Source of the DNA: Mustelus asterias
Taxonomy: Eukaryota
Length of the DNA: 64,000 bases
Direction: 5' to 3'
Assembly: GCF_964213995.1 (NCBI RefSeq)
Contig: NC_135804.1
Location: 69,688,001-69,752,000 of the forward strand
Part shown: positions 23,801 to 33,985 of the stretch, in pieces
How positions within the stretch are numbered: position 1 is the stretch's first letter
Layout of the letters: each line of letters begins with the position of its first letter
The notes under the pieces: model-generated
The model's database searches: none
Told to the model about the DNA's origin: nothing
What the model saw: the letters and a program-made list of their open reading frames with translations, nothing else
Made by a program: the position numbers and the translations under genes

Positions 23801-26800
23801 ACCCAGATTCTACGATATCATTTAATTAAGTACAAGAACCACATTCCTGTTTCTGATTGTGTTTGTTTAAAATCCAATACATATTTAAAGGTCCATTTAT
23901 GTTGAAAGAAGCAGAGTCCCAAATCCTCTCATTGAGCCGGGGTGCTTCTAAATTTTGCGAAATTGCTTGAAACACCAACTGCAGCAACTGGGGAGGCTCA
24001 CACGGTAACACACGTGTAGTTGTCCAGAAAGTTGTCCGAATATTATCCTTTTTATCCAGAAGAAAAATGAATGCCCTTAATGCTCGGACAGAACGTGGCC
24101 CGTAGTATTTGAAAAACTGAAGTCCAGGATGCCAATTCGACCACATTAACCTTAATAAAAAGATGCCCGTTTTAAACGAGTTCTGTTAAATACAAAATGA
24201 ATGTATTAATTATGTAAGGAAGGAAACTGAGAATAATATATCTGGACACAGTGACGAACAAAGTAGACTGGAGGCCATTCACAATCAACAATGACGTATG
24301 GTCCAACTACTATGAGTGAACACAATTGCTGGGGAACGTAAAAAGAGAAAATAGTTAAGAATTTATATTTCTCTCTTTATTTACTTTTTGTTTGTTTTGA
24401 ATCTAGCTGCCCCCGTACCCCTGAAGATCGTCTCGATGCCATTCGACGAGACTACATCTACATTTCTGAGACTCCAGTGTCGAACGGCTGAGTTTCACCC
24501 CAAGGACTTTAATCTCACCTGGCATAAAAATGGCATCGAAATTATGACAGGATTTATAACTGAACAACACGAAAAGGCAGAAGGACTGTATGAAGTTATT
24601 AGTTCCTTGGAAGAGGCACGGCCAACTGAGCAGGGCACAGTTTACACCTGTCAAGTCCACCACGTTTCTATCTCCGGTCCAGCAAATGGCAGCTATACTG
24701 TCGGCAACATAGGTAATATTAATACATAAGTGGTACATATGTATGGTTTAACCCAGCAGCAGTTGAGTCGTCACTGCAGATGTTGAACAAATATAAGAAA
24801 AAGTAAGGAGGTTACTGCATTTAACTCCCATTCTATTGTGGTACTTTCGAATTCTCAAGTCGTTCAGAAATGTGTTTAATGACAACGTAGCCCACGGGTG
24901 GATTCACTATCCAAGCTGAATTAAGAGAACATTGCTAATGGTATTTTTAGGACAGAATAATGTGCAAGTGCATAGATTGATGAAAACGACAGATAAATGT
25001 GAAGGAGATCTTAGAAGAATACATTAAGAAGTAAACATTGAAGCCGATGTGGCAAGAATCTCTCGAATCAGTTGTTACAGGTGATATTTTTTAGTAGCAG
25101 GAATGACAGTTTATACATCGGAGGCAGAGCAAAATTAAGTTAATTGAACAAAAATTTGTTCAGTGTGTTGTTTCTCAAATACTTAGCAATGAAAGGGGAT
25201 TGAGTGTGGAAAAATACTGAAGGGGATAATAGGTTTTTAAATCGGGGGTTAGCGTTCAAAATCAGTGCGGAGATGTTGAGCGTATGTACACCAATTGGAT
25301 AGACTGTATTTAGAAATGGCCTCGTTATTTCAGAAAAGTATCCGAAAAGAATATAAGGAAGGAACAGACCATTATAAAAATATGTTTACTCCGATCCACT
25401 TGAAGCTGAAACTTTTCAGGTATAACGGGAAACATGTCGTGGAATTAAGGGTGCTTCATGTGAGTCAATACCTACTTGGGATGTTGGAAATGTTCAAGGA
25501 GAATGACGAGTTAAAAGGAACAATATTGTTTTTAGCGGGTCCATTACCAGATTTATGATAGTCACCATAAGGTGGCAAATGTGATTCTCACTCAATTCAA
25601 GTTAATCTGTAATAATCTGGTAACAATAAATGCAATGTTCTTTCAGAAAATGCGATGAGATCGTTTTATGTGCCTGAAATACTATAGGTGATTCTAGCTG
25701 GTGTATAGAAATGATAATTACCTGCCACAACAACCATATCCTTTATCCACAAATCCCATATTTAACACAATATGGCGGAAATGAATGAATATACCGTCGC
25801 TGCGGTTTATTTGCTAATGTTTTCTCATCTGACGTCCAAAGCATGGATAACTGGTAATTATGGTAACGTGTTGCAGAACACTTATGGAGACCCAGTTGTT
25901 CTGGTAACGATTGGCCTATGGATAGTGACAGTAGAGGCTCCAACTTTATTATCACCTCATAGCTGACAGGGAATGTCTTCCTCTTTTATCACATTGGCCT
26001 GTGTTGGAAGGATTTGCAGATTATCGGTCTGTCTGGACACACAGAAGGTACCGTTCTTAACCATTAAATGCGGGACTGGGACTCCAGCCTCCGATTTAGA
26101 GGAAGCGACACATGCCCATTACTCTACAATATCTCTGCTGCAATCAAACATGTGAAAATTTACGGCATCACGTGCAAATCACAATATATCCTGATCACAG
26201 CCAAATTCGTTAACGAAAATCATTAAACAGCTGAAAATGTGATTTGTTTAATTTATATGAATGCACTTTAATGTCATGATGATTTCCGATCTGAGAATTT
26301 GTCATAGCAAGTTTGGGACGGCACGGTGGCACGGTAGTACTGCCGCCTCAGAGCGCCAGGGACCCGGCTACTGTCACTGTCTGTGTGGAGTTTGCACATT
26401 CTCCCCGTGTCTGAGTGGGTTTCCTCCGGGTGCTCCGGTTTCCTCCCACACTCCAAAAATGTGCGGGTTAGGTGGACTGGCCATGCTAAATTGCCCCTCA
26501 GTGTCAAGGGGATAAGCAAGGGGTTATGGGGATTGGGCCTGGATGGGATTGTGGTCGGTGCGGACTCGATGGGCTGAATAGCCTCCTTCTGCATTGTAGG
26601 ATTTTTAAAGTTGATTTATTAGTGTCACAAGTAGGCTTAACTCTGCAATGGGGTTACCGTGAAAATCCCCTAGTTGCCACACTTGATTCAAAGTACAGCA
26701 GTGTCAACAGCTGTAAGGTTAGGTGCGACATAAGGAAAACAATTTGAATCTTTACCATTTGGAGTTAAGAAGCCTGCCCAGATGAGCGTCAGCGCATATT

Positions 26801-29800
26801 CTTCCTAAACATATTCATCATACATGTTATATTAATTAGCTATGTTAGTCTCGGGTCACTTATAAAGTTTTCCTGTTCTCATGATATCGAGGCATATTGA
26901 AAGCACCATATCCGGTCTTATTGAAAGCACCATTAAATATAAGAGACAGAGACAAACTGTAACAAAGTTTTGACGACTTATTGAAAAGTAAAAATTAGAT
27001 CAGAGAAATCCTTTTACTAATGGGGAATGAAGCCAGACAGTTGGTTGGTGGCGGGGGGGGGGGGGGAGCATTTTAGTGATAGCGATCACAAGATGCCACA
27101 ATTTAAGCTGGTTATGGACAAGGAAATAGACAAGCTGCAAAAAAATGTTTTGGACTGGGGAGAGTGGATTTTAGAAAAATAAAACATGATTTGTCCGAGG
27201 TAAACTGGGAACAGTTACTGAGGGGGAAATCTACAGAAGAGCAGTTGGGGGCATTCAAAAAGGAAATGAGGAGGCTGCAAGCCCAACATGATCCCTCCAA
27301 GGTGATGGGTGGGGACAACAAGCCTAGAAACCCATGGATGACCAGAGATATTCAGGGATAAAATCAGAATGAAAAGAAAGGCTTTTAAAAAGTACCAGCG
27401 GAACAAATCAATAGAGGCATTATTGAGGTATAGTAAGTGCAGGGTGGAGCTTAAGAAAGCAATTAGGAATGCAAAGAGGAGATATGAGAAAGCTCTGGCT
27501 GGTAAAAAGTAGGGAAAATCCCAAGATATTCTATAAATATATCAATGGGAAGAGGATAGCCAAAGAAAGGGTAGGGACCATTAGGGACCAAGGGGGCAAT
27601 CTGTTGGTGGAACCAGAGGACAATGGTAGAGTGTTGAATGAATACTTCACTTCTGTCTTCACCCAAGAGAATGAGGGCGAATATATGGAATTCAGGGAGA
27701 GAGACAGTCAGGCTCGTGAGCAAACTGACAGAGGGAAGGACAAGGTATTGGCAGCCTTAAAAGTAAATAAATTTCTAGGTCCGGATGAACTGTGCCCTAG
27801 GCTGCTGTGGGAGGCAAGGGAGGAGATTGCAGGGGCTCTGATCCAAATTTTTACTTCCTCTCTGGCCATGGGGGAAGTCATGATGTATATTGGGGTAAAC
27901 ACAGTAAGAAGTCTCACAACACCAGGTTAAAGTCCAACAGGTCTATTTGGCTTTTGCCCCTAGCGTTCGGAGCGCTGCTCCTTCATCAGGTAAGTGGGAG
28001 TTCTGGGAGAACTTGGTTCAAAGTACAGCAGTGTCAACAGCTGTAAGGTTCGGTGCGACACAAGGAAAACAATTACGATCTTTACCATTTGGAGTTAAGA
28101 AGCCTGCCCAGATGAGCGTCAGCGCATATTCTTCCTAAACATATTCATCATACATGTTATATTAATTAGCTACGCTAGTCTCTGGTCACTTATAACGTTT
28201 TCCTGTTCTCATGATATCGAGGGAGAACTCCCACTTACCTGATGAAGGAGCAGCGCTCCGAAAGCTAGTGGTTTTTGCTACCAAATAAACCTGTTGGACT
28301 TTAACCTGTCTTGTGAGACTTCTTACATGGGGGAAGTGCCTGATGACTGGAGAACAGCTAATGTGGTTCCGCTGTTTCACAAGGATTGTAGAGATAAACC
28401 AGGGAACTACAGACCAGTGAATTTCATGTCAGTGAAAGGGAACCTATTAGAGAAACTTCTGAAGGAGCGCATCAATCTCCATTTGGAGAGGCAAAGCTTG
28501 ATCAGGAATAGTCAGCATGGCTTCGTCAGAGGGAGGTCATGCCTAACAAATTTGATTGAATTTTTTGAGGAGGTGACCAGGTGTGCAGATGAGAGTAGTG
28601 CAGCTCATGTAGTTTATATGGATTTCAGCAAAGCCTTTGACAAGGTCCCACATGGGAGACTTGTAAAGAATGTAAATTCACATGTGATAAAGGGTAATTT
28701 GAAAACGCGGATTCAAATATGGATCAGTTGTTGGAGACAGAGGGTGATGACTGAAGGCTGCTTCAACGACTTGAAGCCAGCATCTAGTGGTGTACAACAG
28801 GGATCTGTGTTGGGCCCCCTATTATTTGTCATTTATATAAATGACTTTGATGATTATGTTGGGGGGCTAGGATTAGTAAGTTTCCGCATGACACAAGGAT
28901 TGGATTGATGGATATCAGTGAGGCAGAGTGTCTTAGGCCACAAGAATATATAGACGGAATGGTCAAATGGGCACATAAGTGGCAGATGGAATTTAACCCT
29001 GAAAAGTGTGAGGTGATACATTTTGAAAGGAATAATTTGACGAGAAAGTACTCAATCAATGGTAGGACGCGAGGAAGTTTTGTGGAACAAAAGGGCTTTG
29101 GCATTTGTGTCCATAGATCTCTGAAAGTGGAAGGGCAAGTTAGTAGCGTGGTCAAAAAGGCATATGGGACACTTGATTTTATCAATTGAGGCATAGATTA
29201 CAAAAGCAGGGAAGTCATGTTGGACTTGTATAGAACTTTGGTGAGGCCACAGCTAGAGTTCTGTGTGCAGTTCTGGTCGCCACATTATCAGAAGGATGCG
29301 ACTGCACTGGAGGGGTGATTCACCAGGTTGCCTGGGATGGAAAATTTAAGTTCTGAAGAGGTTGTGTAGGCTTGGGTTGTTTTCTTCAGAGCCGAGAAGA
29401 CTGATGGGTGACCTGATCAAGCTATACAAGATTATGAGGGACATAGACAGAGTGGACAAGGAGCAGCTGTTCCCCTTAGTTGAAGTGTCAGTCACGAGGG
29501 GACATAGGTTCAAGGTGAGGGGCAGGAGGTTCAGGGAAGATGTGAGGAAAATCCTTTTACCCAGAGGGTGGTGATGGTCTGGAATACACTACCGGAGAGG
29601 GTGATGGAGACAGGTTGCTTCATATCCTTTAAAAAGTATCTGCATGAGCACTTGGCATATCATAACATTCAGGGCTATAGGCCAACTGCTGGCAGATGGG
29701 ATTAGGTGGGAGTTCAGGTGTTTCCAACGTGTTGCTGAGGACTTGATGGGCCAAAGAGCCTCTTCTGTGCTGTATGAGTCTGCACAGTTGAGGCATAATG

Positions 29801-30789
29801 ATTAGTACTGCTGCCTAACAGCACCAGGGACGCGGGTTCGATTCTAGCCTTGGGCGACTGTCTGTCTGGAGTTTGCACATTCTCCCCATGTCTGCATGGG
29901 TTTCATCTGGGTGCTCCACTTTCCTCGCACAGTTCAAAAAATGTGCAGGTTAAGCGGATTGCCCCTTAGTGTCAAGGGAATTTTCAGGGTAAATCCATGG
30001 GGATAGGACCTCAGAGGGATTGTTGTCAGTGCAAGCTTGATGGGCTGAATGGCCTCGTTCTACACTGTAGGGATTCTATGATTCTATAATAATGTCCTTA
30101 AACTGTAAAATAAAATCAAAAATATTTGAAGAGATGTTAGTATTTCTTGTCTCTCTTTAATTGCCCTTGAACTGAGTGACTTGCTCGGCGACTCAGAAGA
30201 TGGTTACTAATCAATCACATTGCTTTGGGATTGGAGTGACATATAGGTCAGACTAGGTAGAGATGAAGAATTTCCTCCCTGAAGGATATTATTGAATCAA
30301 ATGGGTGTTTACGGTAATCAATAATAGGTGTGGTCCCCAGCAATGTGATTAGCTTTCTGTTCCAAATTGTGTTATTAATAATTGTGTTATTAATTCACAT
30401 TAATTGAAATGTGAAACCATGTCCCCAAAGCAATAACCTGGGCCTCTGGAGTACTGGTCCTGTGATACTACCACTACACCACCCCCTCTGCTTGCCTGCT
30501 GAATTATACTGCTATGCAAAACGTAAGATATACGTCGAAAGCAGCAGGTAGATAAATTATGATTCTAGTCTCAGTAATCATAAATATTATTATCGTTTGG
30601 TTTCTGGCTTTGAGCTGTGAATCACTGATTACCTTATCTTTTGCAGATTACCACTTTGTACTTCCGATCCGCCTGATTTACCGTTCCACAGTGGGGTTAT
30701 TGGTACTTATTGTACTAATGGTGATCAGCTTTGACCACATTACATCAGAAAGGGCCCGTCGGAAAGAGAATTTTAAGACAGAATTATAA
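20754..30789 (+). CDS. Four-exon IgSF receptor gene: leader, V(J-like), C1, TM with short tail; 267 aa; join(20754..20808,21138..21437,24407..24712,30647..30789); NKp30/SIRP/VJC1-like non-rearranging receptor
   Basis: Manual splicing gives a continuous 804-nt frame ending TAA; all three introns are GT-AG and phase 1, as expected for one Ig domain per exon. Confidence 0.85.
21138..21437 (+). CDS. Exon 2: Ig V-type domain with in-exon J-like G strand
   Basis: Phase-compatible acceptor ttttgttgatag/; GANVTFGC, YWWK, AYLHLLNV, DAGTYCC, VGKGISVRLLV; donor TATG/GTAAGT. Confidence 0.92.
21560..21722 (-). mobile_element. Old tRNA-derived SINE fragment (related copy at ~48250-48410)
   Basis: Minus strand tggctcagttggctgaacggctgg...gcgggtttaattcc resembles A/B boxes. 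Confidence 0.55.
21730..21802 (-). pseudogene. tRNA-Lys(TTT) pseudogene in intron 2
   Basis: Minus strand ACCTGGGTAGCTCAGTCGGGAGAGCATCAGATTTTTAGGCTGATGGTTCAGGGTTCAAGTCGCTGTTTAGGTG (73 nt) is colinear with vertebrate tRNA-Lys-UUU; mismatches in the anticodon and T stems and several G-T pairs in the acceptor stem. Confidence 0.8.
21922..23430 (-). mobile_element. Young 5'-truncated CR1 LINE (family B) in intron 2; open RT frame 22017-23423
   Basis: 468-aa RT and C-terminal ORF with FADD motif; (tgttcta)n tail; near-identical to the copies at 32590 and 49186. Confidence 0.93.
23530..23810. mobile_element. 5'-truncated V-SINE (+) abutting a short CR1 3' tail (-)
   Basis: tccaaagatgtgcgggttaggttgattggcc SINE body followed by the aacatagaac...ggcccttcggccc tail. 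Confidence 0.7.
24407..24712 (+). CDS. Exon 3: Ig C1-set domain
   Basis: Polypyrimidine tract plus ctag/ acceptor; LQCRTAEFHPKDFNLTWHKNG, EGLYEVISSL, VYTCQVHH; donor TAG/GTAATA. Confidence 0.92.
26315..26605 (+). mobile_element. V-SINE (HE1-like)
   Basis: tRNA head and V-core motif. Confidence 0.85.
26681..26892 (+). repeat. 212-bp intronic segment duplicated at 28011-28222
   Basis: Ungapped alignment with 10 mismatches counted by eye (~95% identity). Confidence 0.92.
27886..28325. mobile_element. Fold-back insertion of two inverted Penelope-like terminal segments enclosing captured sequence
   Basis: ~27904-28004 is the reverse complement of ~28224-28326; TSD CATGGGGGAAGT (27867-27878, 28326-28337); the same terminal sequence occurs in the Penelope fragments at 31231, 40154 and 50911. 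Confidence 0.85.
28231..28271 (+). ncRNA. Minimal type I hammerhead ribozyme motif (Penelope-associated)
   Basis: CTGATGA (28239-28245), A, stem II GGAGC-agc-GCTCC, GAAA, then GCTA; palindromic AGCT replaces helix III, as in PLE hammerheads. Confidence 0.7.
29783..30087 (+). mobile_element. V-SINE (HE1-like), diverged
   Basis: B box ggttcgattct, V-core, (attctat)n tail. Confidence 0.8.
30150..30485 (-). mobile_element. Ancient tRNA-headed SINE-like repeat (related copies at ~760-950, ~11380-11580, ~62850-63230)
   Basis: Shared core cacattgctgtgggtctggagtcacat...gatttccttccc...gatgggttttt; A-box-like gtggtgtagtgg head on the minus strand. Confidence 0.6.
30647..30789 (+). CDS. Exon 4: connecting peptide, TM (LIYRSTVGLLVLIVLMVISF) and cytoplasmic tail DHITSERARRKENFKTEL*
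   Basis: Strong acceptor ccttatcttttgcag/, phase 1 in frame with the C1 exon; hydrophobic helix followed by basic residues and TAA; lies in a non-repeat island. Confidence 0.8.
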
Positions 30790-30849
30790 CATTCAACATC
30801 ATTTGTTGATATATGACACAGAAGGAAGAATTGACATTGGCTCATCAAT

Positions 30850-32130
30850 GTTGGAGATCATTGATTCAAAATTGCTATTCCCTATCCCTGCTGCCAAAAT
30901 GTTTCACCTTGTACTCTATATTAATGCAATCTGGTACGTGCGAGCCTGTCTAGTCCCGTAGAAGGTAATTTCTGTTATCATAACTGTTTGTCGTTCCTTG
31001 GTATTATCGGCATTCTTTTGAAATATATCTCTGTATTCCAAGTTCCAAGCCATCCATTTCGGAACACCACTGACTACTATTTTCCAGTCTGAAGAACTAG
31101 CATTTACCATGAATCTCACTCCCTGTCCTTGAACTATCATTTAATCCAAGTGGACACAAGACCCTCCTATTCCAGAAGCGTCCATTTTGCCAATAAGCCT
31201 TTTGCTGGGACTTTTGGTATGCCTTCTTAAAGAGTAAGAAGTTTAAGAACACCAGGTTAAAGCCCAACAGGTTTATTTGGTAGCAAAAGCCACACAAGCT
31301 TTCGGAGCTGCAAGCCCCTTCTTCAGGTGAGTGGGAATTCTGTTCACAAACAGAGCATATAAAGACACAAACTCAATTTACATGAATAATGGTTGGAATG
31401 CGAATACTTACAACTTATCAAGTCTTTAAGAAACAAAACAGCATGAGTGGAGAGAGCATCAAGACAGGCTAAAAAGATGTGTATTGTCTCCAGACAAGAC
31501 AGCCAGTGAAACTCTGTGGGGGTTACAAATAGTGGGACATGAACCCAATATCCCGGTTGAGGCCGTCCTCGTGTGTGCGGAACTTGGCTATCAGTTTCTG
31601 CTCAGCGACTCTGCGCCGTCCTGTGTCACGAAGAGAGCAAGCATCATAGTCCATTCATCAATTTCTTCTGTGACTTCATCAAAAATTCAATTACGTTACT
31701 CAACCATGATTTGCCTTGCACAAATTCGTGTTGGTTTGACTTAATTATCTCCAACACCCTACTTCTCCTACTCTTACTCCCCCCTCCCTCCATCAGTGGC
31801 TGTGGATTATCTGCTGTGATTACTGTTTCCTAAAACATACCCACTATGAATAGTAAATGAATTAGCCAGTAATTTCCAGGACTATGGTTTATTTGAATAA
31901 GGATACCACATTTCCCATTCGCCTGTCCTCTGGCACCTCCACTATACCTAGAGAAGATTTGAAGATTAGGGCAAGCAATCCAATAATCTCCACCTTTCCT
32001 TCCTTTAGCAATTAGGATGCAATACATTGGGAGCAGGAGACGTATCTAACTTAAATCTTGCCAAATTTTCCAATACCTCCTCCCTGTCGATTTTTCCTCT
32101 CTATTGTTTCTACTTTCTCTGCTTCGAACG
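30850..32130 (-). mobile_element. Old CR1 ORF2 fragments interrupted by a Penelope piece
   Basis: SSDWKIVVSGVP, PGNYWLIHLL and YAFQKKADNTK-like remnants. Confidence 0.6.
31231..31630 (-). mobile_element. Penelope-like element 3' fragment with a hammerhead motif at 31290-31335
   Basis: Minus strand encodes GIY-YIG endonuclease C-terminus (RRRVAEQKLIAKFRTHEDGLNRDIGFMSHY); CTGAAGA-A-GGGGC-ttgca-GCTCC-GAAAGCTT. Confidence 0.85.
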
Positions 32131-32589
32131 AGTCCTCCTGGTCAGTTTTCCAAATATTTCATGTAGTACTGGAGTTTATGACCAGATTAATGAATAGCTA
32201 AAAGGAAAATAAATAAGTATTGCAGAACTGGTGATGTGTCAAGCTACAGCATGTGAGAACTAATGGATGCCAGTGTTATCCACAGGAAGCATGTCTGCAA
32301 TAATTGACAGCAGCTTGAGAAGTTTCAGCTCAGATTCACCGAGCTGGAGGCTGAGCTATGGACACTGCAACATGTCAGGGAAGGAGGCAGCTACCAGGAT
32401 GCATTGTTGCCGGGGACCTTAGAATATAATCTTCTGGTTTGAAAAGTGGTCATTGGCAGTTGGGGAGGGGGTGACTGCAGCTGAGGCAGGTAAGGGGACC
32501 CAGAGGGTATGACTGGAGGAGTGGCTGCCTCTGCAATTATCCAACAGGTTTGAGGTTCTTTCAGATTGTTTGGATGAAAGTGTGGGCTA

Positions 32590-33376
32590 CATAGAACATA
32601 GAACATTACAGCGCAGAACAGGCCCTTCGGCCCACGATGTTGCACCGACCAGTTAAAAAAAAACTGTGACCCTCCAACCTAAACCAATTTCTTTTCGTCC
32701 ATGAACCTATCTACGGATCTCTTAAACGCCCCCAAACTAGGCGCATTTACAACTGATGCTGGCAGGGCATTCCAATCCCTCACCACCCTCTGGGTAAAGA
32801 ACCTACCCCTGACATCGGTTCTATAACTACCCCCCCTCAATTTAAAGCCATGCCCCCTCGTGCTGGATTTCTCCATCAGAGGAAAAAGGCTATCACTATC
32901 CACCCTATCTAAACCTCTAATCATCTTATATGTTTCAATAAGATCCCCTCTTAGCCGCCGCCTTTCCAGCGAAAACAATCCCAAATCCCTCAGCCTCTCC
33001 TCATAGGATCTCCCCTCCATACCAGGCAACATCCTGGTAAACCTCCTCTGCACCCTCTCCAAAGCCTCCACATCCTTCCTGTAATGTGGGGACCAGAACT
33101 GCACACAGAACTCCAAGTGCGGCCGCACCAGAGTTGTGTACAGTTGCAACATAACGCTACGACTCCTAAATTCAATCCCCCTACCAATAAACGCCAAGAC
33201 ACCATATGCCTTCTTAACAACCTTATCTACTTGATTCCCAACTTTCAGGGATCTATGCACACATACACCTAGATCCCTCTGCTCCTCCACACTATTCAAA
33301 GTCCTCCCGTTAGCCCTATACTCAACACATCTGTTATTCCTACCAAAGTGAATTACCTCACACTTCTCCGCATTAA
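32590..33376 (-). mobile_element. Young 5'-truncated CR1 (family B), copy 2
   Basis: Almost identical to 21928-22714. Confidence 0.93.
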
Positions 33377-33476
33377 CAGAATATAGAATAAAATCCACAG
33401 GATGCATGAACTTATTGAACACGGCAGTGTGATACATTAAGACATTTAAGTGAGGCGAACACAGAATAGAACAGTA

Positions 33477-33985
33477 CACGGTGGCACAGTGGTTAGCACT
33501 GCTGCTTCACAGTGCTAGGGACCCGGGTTTGATTCCCAGCTTGGGTCACTGTCTGTGCGGAGTCTGCACGTTCTCCCTGTGTGCGTGTGGGTTTCCTCCA
33601 GGTGCTCCGGTTTCCTCCCACAATCCAAAGATGTGCAGGTTAGGTTGATTGGACATGCTAAATTGCCCCTTGGTGTCAGGGGGACTAGCAAGGATACATT
33701 TATGGGGTTTATGCGGATAGGCCGGGGTGGCCTATCCCCGAATGGTCTCCTTCTGCACTGGAGGGATTCTAAAACTAAAAGAACAGAATAAAAATAGAAT
33801 AGAATAAAATAGAATATAGAATAAAATCCCTGCAGTGCAGAAGGCGACCACTCAGACCATCGTGCCTGCATTGACAACAATCCCAACTGGCCCTATCCCC
33901 ATAACCCAACTTTTTACCCTGCTAATCCCCCTCACACAAAGGAGCAATTTATTTTGGCCAATCATCCTAATCTGCACATCTTTAG
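33477..33985. mobile_element. V-SINE (+, 33477-33780) tail-to-tail with a truncated SINE (-, ~33810-33985)
   Basis: tRNA head and V-core; (agaat)n microsatellite junction. Confidence 0.8.

Larger units (their letters stand above)
27015..29780 (+). mobile_element. Degenerate 5'-truncated CR1 LINE ORF2, interrupted at ~27879-28325
   Basis: ENPKIFYKYINGKR, DWRTANVVPLF, DFSKAFDKV and WQMEFNPEKC fragments in successive frames. Confidence 0.9.

Noticed and set aside
24246-24285. CACAGTG upstream of the C1 exon as a possible RSS or J remnant
   Set aside because: No nonamer at either spacing and no J-like coding segment adjacent.
30775-30789. C-terminal KTEL as a KDEL-type ER retrieval signal
   Set aside because: It would be cytoplasmic in a type I membrane protein, out of reach of the lumenal KDEL receptor.
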